A stretch of 64,000 nt of DNA from Candidatus Bathyarchaeota archaeon (GTDB lineage: Archaea > Thermoproteota > Bathyarchaeia > TCS64). The notes under the pieces are model-generated. The model ran no database searches and was not told where the DNA came from. It worked only from the letters and a program-made list of their open reading frames with translations. The stretch spans positions 192,001 to 256,000 of the forward strand of contig JBDRQD010000015.1 of the NCBI GenBank assembly GCA_043826455.1, in the 5' to 3' direction. A program made the position numbers and the translations under genes. This document shows, one piece after another, positions 47,538 through 57,025 of this stretch; within the stretch, counting starts at the first letter, position 1, and every line of letters begins with the position of its first letter.

Positions 47538-48002
47538 ATGAGCGAGTACGAGGCGAAGCTGAAGACCTACATCAGGGAACACGGAATAGACGCCCGGCAC
47601 CTATCCTTCAACCAGTCCACACACTCAGTTGAGGATGCGTCCAGGGCCGTAGGCGCAGAGCCGCAGGGCTTCGTCAAGAGCATCTGCATGATCGCCGGGG
47701 ACGGCGACCTCGTGGTGGCCATCGTGAAGGGGGAGGACCGCGCCAGCACCAGCAGGGTCTCCAAGGCCCTGGGCGTCGAGGGTGTCAGGGTCGCCAGGCC
47801 CGAGGAGATACTGGAGAAGACCGGTTACCCCGTGGGCGGGACCCCCGCCTTCGGGTATCCGGCCACCTTCCTCATGGACCCCAGGGTCATGGAGTGGAGC
47901 CACGTCTACTCTGGGGGAGGCTCCGACACCGCCCTCACGTACATGTCTACTGGGGAGATGCTGAGAGCCAACGACGGCAAAGTGGTGAGGGTGAGAAAGT
48001 AG
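47538..48002 (+). CDS. YbaK/aminoacyl-tRNA deacylase family protein
   Basis: THSVEDA, VKSI, TGYPVGGTPAFG, YSGGG. Confidence 0.9.
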   Translation: MSEYEAKLKTYIREHGIDARHLSFNQSTHSVEDASRAVGAEPQGFVKSICMIAGDGDLVVAIVKGEDRASTSRVSKALGVEGVRVARPEEILEKTGYPVGGTPAFGYPATFLMDPRVMEWSHVYSGGGSDTALTYMSTGEMLRANDGKVVRVRK

Positions 48003-48017
48003 ACGCCCCGGTCTACC

Positions 48018-48707
48018 TCACTTTTCGTGACTCAAGTTTGACTCTATTTTTCTGATTCTTGACTCGATGAACTCAACGTAGTATTCATGACCCTTGTCCG
48101 GCTTCCTGTTCTTCACATATGACTCATAGATATCTGTGGCTTGCTTATCGTCCACAGCCTTCAAAGCATCCAGAACGGCTTGTTTGCTGATGCCCTCTGC
48201 GCCACTGATCAACGCCATGAGGCGGCACACCTCCCCCGCCACGACGGGTGCCATGTCTGGCCTATCCTTGATCAGTTCATCTAACTTGGAGAGGCGCTCC
48301 GTCCTCCATCTTATGAGGGCATCCATGTCGTAGCGGGGTAAAAGGTGGGCTACCTCCTCTCCGTAGACCACTTCGTGGTTCTCCAGGAAGTCGTGCAGGT
48401 ATATGGTCAGGAACTTGAAGCCGTAGCCCATGTTCAATGGGTCCCGGAGGTTCTCCAGCCGCTCCCAGGGCAGGTCGAGGAGCTTGTGCCCGACGCCCTC
48501 GACGCAGCCTCCGATGATTTCATGCAGGCGGACCATGTCGGGGGCCTCGTCCCCTACTATCACCAGGATGTCCAGGTCGCTGAGCCCTGGGACGAAGTCT
48601 CCCCTGATGTAGGAGCCGAAGAGCACGAGGGAGTGTATCTTGGACAACTCCGGATCAACAGTGATCCTCCTCCTGATACATTCCTTGAACGACACGCCGG
48701 TCACCAA
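48018..48707 (-). CDS. Nucleotidyltransferase-domain protein
   Basis: LFGSYIRGDF.PG.SDLDILV, VVYGE. Confidence 0.82.
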   Translation of the reverse strand: MVTGVSFKECIRRRITVDPELSKIHSLVLFGSYIRGDFVPGLSDLDILVIVGDEAPDMVRLHEIIGGCVEGVGHKLLDLPWERLENLRDPLNMGYGFKFLTIYLHDFLENHEVVYGEEVAHLLPRYDMDALIRWRTERLSKLDELIKDRPDMAPVVAGEVCRLMALISGAEGISKQAVLDALKAVDDKQATDIYESYVKNRKPDKGHEYYVEFIESRIRKIESNLSHEK

Positions 48708-48801
48708 TGCAACAGTGTATTTTTTAAGTCCTTTCTCGGTTCCATGGGCTTCGGCTTATTGATTATCTCGTCATTTAATAAAAAAAAGTGGGTTTAAGTC
48801 T

Positions 48802-49479
48802 CTAGCGTCCACTGTACCACTTGATCTTCTTCGTGTAGTAACCGTAGCCTAGGCCTAGGATCACCAGCAGCAGCATGACGTAAGTGTAGATGGCGACTTC
48901 GGGCCTCAGCATGTCCACGAGCCGACCGATTACCAGTTCGAACCTGAAGCTGACGGTCTGTCCGTAGGTTACGCCGAAGGCCGCCAGCAGGAATATACGC
49001 CCTGTATGGTTAACGTACTTGTAGGGTCCCTCTGTCTGTGCCGTGAAGATGAAGTAGGCGGCGGCCGTGACCGTCCCGATCACCATCACCAGGTTGTCGA
49101 GGCTGGTCAGCGGCAGTATGGTTGCGTTTATCTGCCCCAGGAAGTCCGCCATGACGCTCGTCCTTATGGCCAGGCCGAGGCCCGCGCCGACCGTCACAGC
49201 TACAGGGTACCTTGACAGCCAGAGCCACTCCGTCTTGAGCCTGGAGAACAGCATCACGCAGAGGAGTATGGCTGCTATGTACACGTAGTTGCCTTGGAAT
49301 ACAGTGTTGATGGCGTTGGTCCTGACGTAGTTCCAGTTGGTGGCGAAGATGAAGCCACCCAGGATGCCCATGTAGAGGTTCTCGGTGAACTTGCTCAGCG
49401 GGTTGTCGCCTATCAGCACAGAGTACGCGCCTATGGACACGAAGGAGCCTGCGATGAGTCCGAGTAAGAAGCTGTCCAT
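48802..49479 (-). CDS. Uncharacterised polytopic membrane protein, gene 4 of the membrane operon
   Basis: 6-7 TM segments, DNPLSKFTENLYMG, SRYPVA, GRIFLLAAFG..YG. Confidence 0.85.
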   Translation of the reverse strand: MDSFLLGLIAGSFVSIGAYSVLIGDNPLSKFTENLYMGILGGFIFATNWNYVRTNAINTVFQGNYVYIAAILLCVMLFSRLKTEWLWLSRYPVAVTVGAGLGLAIRTSVMADFLGQINATILPLTSLDNLVMVIGTVTAAAYFIFTAQTEGPYKYVNHTGRIFLLAAFGVTYGQTVSFRFELVIGRLVDMLRPEVAIYTYVMLLLVILGLGYGYYTKKIKWYSGR

Positions 49480-50321
49480 TACTTAGCCCCCTCCTCCTTT
49501 CTCGCTATGAAGTACAGTACGTTGCCTAGGACCACCAGGAACGCCCAGAGTAGTCCTCCGAAGTTTGTAGCCATGGCCTGCCCCAGAGCGAGACCAGGCA
49601 TGCCCATCAGGTACTCGTACTCGGCTGAGCCTCTGACCCCACCGATGATGCCAACCATCTGGCCCGAGTTGATGTAGGGCGTGTAGTTGGGCACCTCGTT
49701 GGTGGTGCACATCCCGGTCATGGGAATGCCGAAGGGCGTGACTATCTGTCTTACTCCGAAGGGTATGCTGCCCTCTGAGCCTCCCCACCAGAAGACCGCG
49801 GCGAAATCAGATGCCATGTTGATGTTCCTCATAAGAGGTATCTGGTCTATGGCTGTCCCGAAGTGATCCTCCGTCTTCACACTCCGTATGTCGTTTGCGA
49901 AGGCTGCTACGCCTGACTCTCCGCCCGGGACGTAGCCCATGTGGACCCAGTTCACGCCGTTCTCGGCTGCGACCCCGGAGGGAAGTTTTTCTAGTCCATT
50001 ATTGATGGCTGTCACGGTCCACGCGGCCGTCTCCGTGCCTATGCTGAAGAAAACTAGTTTGACGTCCTTCTTCAGCAGGTGCACGATCTGCACTTCCAGA
50101 CCTGGGCCGCCCTGAGGGTAGGTGGCTGCTCCTAATCCGCCCTCTATGAGGACGACGGAGCCTGCGGGTATGGCGTCGGCGAACTCGAAGGAATCCCGGG
50201 AGTACTGCTGAATATCCATGGGGAGTATAATCGGGTTAAGTATTGGGAAGGCCAGCGCGATGAACATCAACGCGAAGATGATCCTCTGGTCGAGCGCCAG
50301 CATCTTATCCATCAGACTCAT
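49479..50321 (-). CDS. Membrane-anchored protein with extramembrane domain, gene 3
   Basis: N- and C-terminal TM segments; NWVHMGYVPGGE, PYINSGQMVGIIGG.RGSAEYE. Confidence 0.85.
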   Translation of the reverse strand: MSLMDKMLALDQRIIFALMFIALAFPILNPIILPMDIQQYSRDSFEFADAIPAGSVVLIEGGLGAATYPQGGPGLEVQIVHLLKKDVKLVFFSIGTETAAWTVTAINNGLEKLPSGVAAENGVNWVHMGYVPGGESGVAAFANDIRSVKTEDHFGTAIDQIPLMRNINMASDFAAVFWWGGSEGSIPFGVRQIVTPFGIPMTGMCTTNEVPNYTPYINSGQMVGIIGGVRGSAEYEYLMGMPGLALGQAMATNFGGLLWAFLVVLGNVLYFIARKEEGAK

Positions 50322-50971
50322 TCTGATTCCCTCCTCTCTTCCCTGATCCCAAGGTGCTCCTTCTGTCTACCCATGAACACCCTGACGCCCAGACCCATGA
50401 TTCCTAGGCTTGTGCCTATGATCATCCCCCTGAACCCGGCTCCACTCGGGATGTTCCTTATCCATGTACCTAATGGTAAGACGGGCGGGAACAGTATGGC
50501 GCCGATGGGTATGAGCATCAGAAGTATCACCAGGGCACACACGAGCAACACAGCCGAGTTCCAGTTCCTGGCTCTCAGGACCCTGTAGGCGGCGGACGTG
50601 ATGTAGAAGGCGGTAAGCGAGTACAGGGCCGCTCCGATGGGCGACGTCATGTTGTTATAGATCCAAAGGAAAGTAGTGTCCCGTACATCGAGGACGCCTA
50701 GCCCCGCGGTTATGACGAAGGCCAGCACGTAGACGATGCTGTAGTACCACTCGCTTTTCCTTGTCCCTATCTTTTTACTGTGGTATATGGTGAGCACGAT
50801 GGTGCCCAGGATCAGGGCTGCGGCCGAGATAATGGTCACGAAGGACCGGAGCGTCACGTTCAAGCTCGTCACGGGTGCGGGCATCGGGAAGAAGAACTCG
50901 ATGATCATCAACAGCCCGATTATGGCGGTAAGTATTACCGGGATCTGCATTTTAACTAATCTTTCAGACAC
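50318..50971 (-). CDS. Uncharacterised polytopic membrane protein, gene 2
   Basis: About 6 TM segments, SLTAFYITSAAYR.LRAR, WI.NIPSGAGFRG..IG. Confidence 0.85.
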   Translation of the reverse strand: MSERLVKMQIPVILTAIIGLLMIIEFFFPMPAPVTSLNVTLRSFVTIISAAALILGTIVLTIYHSKKIGTRKSEWYYSIVYVLAFVITAGLGVLDVRDTTFLWIYNNMTSPIGAALYSLTAFYITSAAYRVLRARNWNSAVLLVCALVILLMLIPIGAILFPPVLPLGTWIRNIPSGAGFRGMIIGTSLGIMGLGVRVFMGRQKEHLGIREERRESE

Positions 50972-50982
50972 TTCATCTCACC

Positions 50983-51762
50983 TCACATAGAAAACAGGCC
51001 CTTGATGCTCATCCCGAGGGTTATGAGGACGGAACCTAGAACAATCAGAATAGCCGCGATGAATTTGCCGATGTCCTGCCCTGCCAGCGACGAGGACACG
51101 GTCGGGTCCTCTGACACGTAGGCTCCGAGAGCGTACAGCTCCTCGCCTATGAGGCTGTAGTCGCAGATGGCCACCAGGAACGGGATGTTGTGGGTTGTGT
51201 CTGTCCCGCCGAGCATCATCGCCCCCACGCGGGCGGCGTTCTCCGTGAAGATGACGGCCTTGTGGTACCAGCTTCCGAGAAAGAAGGCGCCTGCCATCTC
51301 GTCGCTCCACATGTGGTTGATGATGTACATTCTGTCTGCGCCGTCTGGGAGGTACATCACCGTCTCGTCCAGCTTCAGCTCATCATGCTTGTTCTCAGCC
51401 CTGTAGGCCTCATCCACGATCTCGCTTGCGATGGTGTAAGCCAGACCCTGGGTAACGGGGACGAAGAACTTTGAGCCCAAGTGAGCAGCTTTTCGAGCCG
51501 TGTAGGCCAGGATCTGGAAGGCGGCCACCGTTGGCGCCAGCACGCTGGGGTTATCCATGGTCACGGTGTCCATTAGGTAGTAGGCGGGGCGCCCCATCTC
51601 CACGCACCTACCAAGGATCTCGTCGATGACATCGACAGCCTGCAGTCTCCTGAGTTTAGGTATTTTACCTGAGTATGCTCTTTGCATGTAGTAGATGATT
51701 GATCCTGCGATAACGACTAGGGTCAGAAGGCCGACGAGTCGGCCCTCAACAATTAATACCAA
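50983..51762 (-). CDS. DUF6754-like membrane-anchored protein, gene 1
   Basis: N-terminal TM, IPKLRRL.AVD.IDE..GR.VEMGRP, PFLVAICDYSLIGEELYA..AY, C-terminal TM. Family name from recall. Confidence 0.8.
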   Translation of the reverse strand: MVLIVEGRLVGLLTLVVIAGSIIYYMQRAYSGKIPKLRRLQAVDVIDEILGRCVEMGRPAYYLMDTVTMDNPSVLAPTVAAFQILAYTARKAAHLGSKFFVPVTQGLAYTIASEIVDEAYRAENKHDELKLDETVMYLPDGADRMYIINHMWSDEMAGAFFLGSWYHKAVIFTENAARVGAMMLGGTDTTHNIPFLVAICDYSLIGEELYALGAYVSEDPTVSSSLAGQDIGKFIAAILIVLGSVLITLGMSIKGLFSM

Positions 51763-51946
51763 TTGTTTTCCCCAAAATCAACGTGTTCATATTTACTATA
51801 AATATTTAATCACTGTTTTCTGTATTTTTAAAGAAATATGTAAAAACATTTGAGGGCTTCATGATAATATTTATTTTTTCTAAATAAACGGCGTATTTTA
51901 TGAATAGCGTTAAATATTTTGGAAAAATAGTTTTTCTGATACTAAA

Positions 51947-54508
51947 TTGACGAAGAAAATTACTTCACCTGAAGAGTTCTTCGGCCATCAACTGGGGGCT
52001 GACGGGAAGATCGTCCGGTGGGACAAGATAGTCGAGTACTTCACGAGGCTCCAGAAGGAGTCCAAGCGGATCAAGATCATGGACATGGGGCCCTCAACCG
52101 AGGGCCACCCCTTCCTCATGGTGCTCATCACCAGCGAGGCTAACATGAAGGACCTGGACAAGCTCCAGGACATCAACATCACCCTCACCAACCCTGGTGA
52201 GCTAACAGAGGAAGATGCCAGGCCCCTGGTGGAGGCCGGCAAGGCCGTGGTCATCCAGAGCATGAGCCTCCACGCCACGGAGATCGGGGGCACCCAGATG
52301 GCCCCCGAGTTGGCCTACGAGCTCATCACCGGAGAGGACGAGGAGACCCGCCGCATCAGGGACAACGTGATCAGTGTCATGGTGCCGTGCTTCAACCCCG
52401 ACGGCCAGGTCATGGTCACCGACTGGTACAACAAATACCTGGGCACAGAGTACGAGGGGACGAGCCCGCCCTACCTGTACCACAAGTACACGGGCCACGA
52501 TAACAACAGGGACGCCTTCGCCACCAACATCGTGGAGTCTCAGTACATGGCCCGGCTCATGTTCCACGACTGGCCACCTCAGGCTTACCAGGACCACCAC
52601 CACATGGGCAGCTACGGCGCCCGCCTCTACGTCGCACCATATTCTGATCCAATCCACCCCCACGGCGACCCCCTGGTCTGGCGTGAGCTGGCGTGGTATG
52701 GGGCCCACATGGCCTACAAGCTGGAGCAGGCGGGTAAGAGCGGCATCGTAAACGCAGCCATATTCAGCGGCTGGGCCCACCTGGGCTTCCACTGGATAGG
52801 CATCTACCACAACATACCAAGCATGCTCACCGAGTCGGCGTCAGCCAAGCTGGCCACACCCCTCTTCATCCACCCGGAGCAGCTGAAGGAGGAGACCAAG
52901 GCGGGCACCCTTGTGGGCACCAGGATGATGCCCCACTACAAACCCACCACCAACTTCCCCAACCCTTGGCCCGGCGGCTGGTGGAGGCTCCGCGACATAG
53001 TGGAGCAGCAGAAAATAAGCGCCTGGGCCCTCCTGGACCACATGGCCCGCAACAAGGAGACAGTGCTATGGAACGCGTACCAGAAGGCCGTGAGGCAGAC
53101 CCAGCGGGGCGCCGAGGACCTGGTCACCGCCTACGTGATCCCGGCCTCCCAGCACGACACCCGCACCATGGAGCTCATGGTGGAGAAGCTCATGGCCCAG
53201 AACCTGGAGATGTACAGGGCCAAGAACCCCTTCACAGGGGATGGAGCCGTCTACGAGGAGGGCAGCTACGTGATCCCCCTGGCCCAGCCCAAGATGGGGC
53301 TGGTGAAGACGCTGCTGAGCCGCACAAGGTTCCCCGACGACAGCTTCACCCGGATGCCCGACGGCAGCCCCCACCGCCCCTACGACACGGCCACAGACAC
53401 CATGGCCGAGTTCATGGGCGTGGACGTCTACCCGGTGGGCTACATAACGGATGTGGAGTTGGAGCTCCTCCAGGACTACAAGCAACCGGTGGGCGCTGTG
53501 GACGAGTCCAGCAAGGTGGGGTACCTCCTGGACACCCGGGAGAACCACGCCTTCAAGGCCATCAACATGCTCCTGGCTGAGGGAGTCCCTGTGAAACGGG
53601 TCACGGAGCCCCTAATGGCAGGGGACTTCGAGCTGCCCTCGGGCTGCTTCATAGTGGAGCCAGGCCACGAGGAGAAGCTCACTCGCGCTGCCGAGGCGAA
53701 CGGTGTCAGCTTCCACGCATTGGCCGAGCTACGGGCCGAGACCAGGCCCGTGAAGCCCCAGCGGGTGGGCATGTACCAGCGTTACTGGGGTGGCAACATG
53801 GACGAGGGCTGGACCCGCCTCTGCCTGGAACAGTACCGCTTCAACTACGCGATCCTCATGGACGAGGAAATCAAGAAGGGGGGCCTCAGGGACGGCTACG
53901 ACGTCATCATCCTGCCCAGCGACCCCCCCGCCATTATCACGGGCGGCGACGAGCTGAAGAAGTGGTGGAAGGAGAACCGGCAGGGCTGGGAGCTACCCGA
54001 GTACCCCCCAGAGTACAGGAGCGGCCTGGGCGACGAGGGCAAGAAGGCGTTGAAGGAGTTCGTGGAGAAGGGTGGGACCCTGGTGTGCCTCGGAGACTCC
54101 AGCATGTACGCCGTGGAGGCCCTGGAGCTGAAGGTGGCCAACGTCCTGGAGAAGGTGCCCAGCAGGGATTTCCACTGCCCCGGCAGCACCATCCACATAG
54201 ACGTTGACACTGAGCATCCGGTGGCCTACGGGATGCCGGAGGAGGCCCTGGCCCTGTTCTGGAACAGCCCTGCCTTCAAGATAATCCCCAGCCCGGATAA
54301 CCACAAGTACAGCGTCATAGCCAGCTACCCGGAGTCCGACCTCCTGGAGTCGGGGTGGCTCGTGGGCGAGGAGAGGCTAGCCAACAAGATCGCCGCGCTG
54401 CAGGCCGAGTCAGGGCTGGGCAGGGCGATCCTCATCGGTTTCAGGTGCCAGCACAGGTGCCAGACCGGCGGCACCTTCAAGCTCCTCTTCAACAGCCTCC
54501 TGGACTGA
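51947..54508 (+). CDS. Large M14 metallocarboxypeptidase with C-terminal GATase-like domain
   Basis: SLHATE (HxxE), NPDG, HDNNRD, DHHHMG, MDEGWTR, FVEKGGTLV. Confidence 0.92.
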   Translation: MTKKITSPEEFFGHQLGADGKIVRWDKIVEYFTRLQKESKRIKIMDMGPSTEGHPFLMVLITSEANMKDLDKLQDINITLTNPGELTEEDARPLVEAGKAVVIQSMSLHATEIGGTQMAPELAYELITGEDEETRRIRDNVISVMVPCFNPDGQVMVTDWYNKYLGTEYEGTSPPYLYHKYTGHDNNRDAFATNIVESQYMARLMFHDWPPQAYQDHHHMGSYGARLYVAPYSDPIHPHGDPLVWRELAWYGAHMAYKLEQAGKSGIVNAAIFSGWAHLGFHWIGIYHNIPSMLTESASAKLATPLFIHPEQLKEETKAGTLVGTRMMPHYKPTTNFPNPWPGGWWRLRDIVEQQKISAWALLDHMARNKETVLWNAYQKAVRQTQRGAEDLVTAYVIPASQHDTRTMELMVEKLMAQNLEMYRAKNPFTGDGAVYEEGSYVIPLAQPKMGLVKTLLSRTRFPDDSFTRMPDGSPHRPYDTATDTMAEFMGVDVYPVGYITDVELELLQDYKQPVGAVDESSKVGYLLDTRENHAFKAINMLLAEGVPVKRVTEPLMAGDFELPSGCFIVEPGHEEKLTRAAEANGVSFHALAELRAETRPVKPQRVGMYQRYWGGNMDEGWTRLCLEQYRFNYAILMDEEIKKGGLRDGYDVIILPSDPPAIITGGDELKKWWKENRQGWELPEYPPEYRSGLGDEGKKALKEFVEKGGTLVCLGDSSMYAVEALELKVANVLEKVPSRDFHCPGSTIHIDVDTEHPVAYGMPEEALALFWNSPAFKIIPSPDNHKYSVIASYPESDLLESGWLVGEERLANKIAALQAESGLGRAILIGFRCQHRCQTGGTFKLLFNSLLD

Positions 54509-55699
54509 AACATCTCTCATTATTTTTCTCTCCAAAACGGAGCTCCAGACGCTGGACAGCGCCACGGTCAGGATAATGATGATGAGGATCAGGTCCGGCA
54601 TCATGTAGGCGTACTGGACCCCTGACGAAATAGCCAGCTGAGCCATTACTGCAGCCGCTATCCCCCTGGGCATCATGGCCACCAAAACGTTTCTCTGCCC
54701 CTTCAGTTCCGCGTCACCGATGCTTGTGAGGACCACTGAGATGAATCTGCCAGCTATCAGAAGCACCGTGATCAACGCACCGTATATGATGATGCTGTAG
54801 TTCTCTATGAACAGAATGAGGCCCAGGTACACGAAGAAGTAGGTTCGGATGAAGAAGCTCATCTGGCTCATGAACTTCCTCATCATGCTGCCGACCTCCA
54901 CGCTTTCCTGCATCCGCAGCATCCCACCTATCTCCACGCTGTTACCTAGAACCAGCCCGAAGACCAGGGAGAAGATGGCGCCGTTCCCGCCCACGATCTC
55001 AGTCAAACCGTAGAAGAGTATGGCCACGCTCAAGGTCAGTATGTCGTCGTAGACGTTGTCCCTCAGCTTGCCCAGTATCTTGAGCCACAGGACCCCCAGC
55101 ACCAGCCCGAAGACGACTCCTATGGAGAGGGTGCTGGTGATGCTCTGGGCCATCTCGTTCAGGTTCATGACCCTGGTGTTGCTGAGGATGTCTAGGAACA
55201 TGACACTCACCACGATGACGAGGGCGTCCGTGAACACAGACTCGAGGCTCAGCAGCGTCACGATCCTGTCAGACACGTTCAGCTTCCTCACCAGGCTGAT
55301 GACTATGCTTGAGCTCGTGCCCCCGATCATGGCCCCAAGCATGAGCCCGTAGATGAGGTCCCACCCCAGGAAGGTCCCCGTGAACAGAGCCGTCAGTACC
55401 ATGCTGACTACCACGTTGAGGGCCCCGAGAACCATGGCCTTGGGGCTCTCCCCGAGAACCTTGAAGAGGTTCAGGTTCATGCCACCGTCGAGGAGTATTA
55501 TAAGCAGCGCGAGGCTGCTGAAGATGGGGGCTATCCCAGCGAAGCTGGACGGCTCCACCAGGTGAAAAACTGGGCCAAGGAGAAGCCCGAAGAAGATGAG
55601 GATGAGGTTGTCCGGGATGCCTTTCCGTTTGAAAAGGTAGTTACCGATAAAGCCCAGGCTGATTATGACGCCTGTGAGAATGAAGACGAAGTAGCTCAA
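54410..55699 (-). CDS. Cation:proton antiporter (CPA1/NhaP-like)
   Basis: IPD.LILIFFGLLLGP, ILLDGG, GTSSSIV, LSLESVFTD, PRGIAAAV. Confidence 0.92.
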   Translation of the reverse strand: MSYFVFILTGVIISLGFIGNYLFKRKGIPDNLILIFFGLLLGPVFHLVEPSSFAGIAPIFSSLALLIILLDGGMNLNLFKVLGESPKAMVLGALNVVVSMVLTALFTGTFLGWDLIYGLMLGAMIGGTSSSIVISLVRKLNVSDRIVTLLSLESVFTDALVIVVSVMFLDILSNTRVMNLNEMAQSITSTLSIGVVFGLVLGVLWLKILGKLRDNVYDDILTLSVAILFYGLTEIVGGNGAIFSLVFGLVLGNSVEIGGMLRMQESVEVGSMMRKFMSQMSFFIRTYFFVYLGLILFIENYSIIIYGALITVLLIAGRFISVVLTSIGDAELKGQRNVLVAMMPRGIAAAVMAQLAISSGVQYAYMMPDLILIIIILTVALSSVWSSVLERKIMRDVSVQEAVEEELEGAAGLAPVLAPETDEDRPAQP

Positions 55700-55778
55700 A
55701 TGGCTCCCCCCTTCAAGTTCTCATGTGTCCCCCTTAAATGGCTTCAAGTTTCAAAAAATGTGTTGCGGTTAGGGAGTT

Positions 55779-55991
55779 TTACTCTGTTGCGTCCTGCTCC
55801 CGTTGAGCTTTCTGCTTCTTTACTCCCTTCAGCTTGTCGAGTTCGCCGGTGATCTCTCGCCGAATGGCCACGATCTCCTGGCTCAGCTTCACAACTTTAC
55901 CCGGGGTGGCCTTCTCCTTCGCTAGCATGGCCTCCTCCACCAGCTTCTCGCTAAGCTTCCGGTGCAGTTCATGAATTTTCTCAGCGCTCAT
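55779..55991 (-). CDS. Small coiled-coil hypothetical protein (70 aa)
   Basis: MSAEKIHELHRKL...; GAGGT SD at the end of the upstream gene. Confidence 0.65.
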   Translation of the reverse strand: MSAEKIHELHRKLSEKLVEEAMLAKEKATPGKVVKLSQEIVAIRREITGELDKLKGVKKQKAQREQDATE

Positions 55992-55995
55992 AGTT

Positions 55996-56187
55996 TTACC
56001 TCGTGACATGTGTCTTGCTGGGCTTCGCCTCATCCATGGGGGGATTCTCCTCTTCGCCCGAGGTCAGGCAGTCTATGCACAGCTTGTCGGTGAAGCTGCC
56101 GCAGTACCTGCAGAACCTTTTACCGCAGACCTTGCAGGTGTAGAGCTTCCCGGTGCTCTGCCCACAGACCTCGCACTCCTCCAGCAT
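55996..56187 (-). CDS. Small 8-Cys zinc-finger protein (63 aa), paralog of 23649..23840
   Basis: CEVC..CKVC..FCRYC..LCIDC; GGTGA SD upstream of ATG 56187. Confidence 0.8.
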   Translation of the reverse strand: MLEECEVCGQSTGKLYTCKVCGKRFCRYCGSFTDKLCIDCLTSGEEENPPMDEAKPSKTHVTR

Positions 56188-56425
56188 GAAAACATCACCA
56201 TGGCGGGTTATTCCAGCATACATCGCAGCATGGACCCCTGACCATAACCTTATCATTACGTCAGGGACTCAAAAAATGAGAAATTTATCTCATTTATTTA
56301 AATAAACAGTGCAACCTTTTTTTATTTAGTGCATTAGAAAAAATACACTAAAATTATTAACGTTCATTTAAAAACGCTGACTATCTTCTTCAATATTTAA
56401 TTTAAGCGTGAAAAAACGTGTGGGC

Positions 56426-57001
56426 TCACGTGACCCTGAACCTGCAGATAGTTGAGCCAGTCACAGCCGACTCCAGAAGCTCCACTTTCACGTGCCGCCC
56501 CAGCACCTGCTCCCAGTACCTCTCCACGAAGCCCATGCTGCAGTTGCAGTAGGTGACGGACATGATCTCGCCTGGGGGCAGCCCCTGTACGAGGCCGCAG
56601 TAGCACCGCACACCGTACGCGTCGGGGGTGTAACCGAAGATGATGGTGTTCCCGTCCCTCTCAACCAGCATTCCTCTAGGCGGGCTCCTAGCCTCAGCAT
56701 TCAGGAAATCCTCCAGCTTCTCGTATCCGGAGCGGCGTTTGAGGGCGCTGGCCACGGGCCCCGTGTGGCTGTGGTCCGCGCAGTTGCGTCCGCAGCTGCT
56801 CATGATCCTCATGCGGGTCTCCAGGTCGAGCAGCCCGTCCATCCTCTCCATGGCGGCCTTCACCCATTGGGCCACATCCTCCTTCGGGCTGGAGTCCCTC
56901 AGGCTGTGTGAGTCCTTCATTATGGCCTCGGATGCCTCTTCTCCCGCCTCCCTCGCGATGGTTGACTTCAGCTCCCTCAGCGGGCCCCTGATGTTCGGCA
57001 T
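56426..57001 (-). CDS. Cys-rich V4R-like protein (DUF6144-like), paralog of 43784..44503
   Basis: CG.NC, RCYCGLV, TYCNCS.GF....WEQVLG..VKVELLES...G...CRF. Confidence 0.72.
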   Translation of the reverse strand: MPNIRGPLRELKSTIAREAGEEASEAIMKDSHSLRDSSPKEDVAQWVKAAMERMDGLLDLETRMRIMSSCGRNCADHSHTGPVASALKRRSGYEKLEDFLNAEARSPPRGMLVERDGNTIIFGYTPDAYGVRCYCGLVQGLPPGEIMSVTYCNCSMGFVERYWEQVLGRHVKVELLESAVTGSTICRFRVT

Positions 57002-57025
57002 GTTCTCACCTTGTAGTGGGTAAGC

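Noticed and set aside
48018..48707. MNT-HEPN toxin-antitoxin pair
   Set aside because: No adjacent HEPN gene with an RxxxxH motif was recognised.
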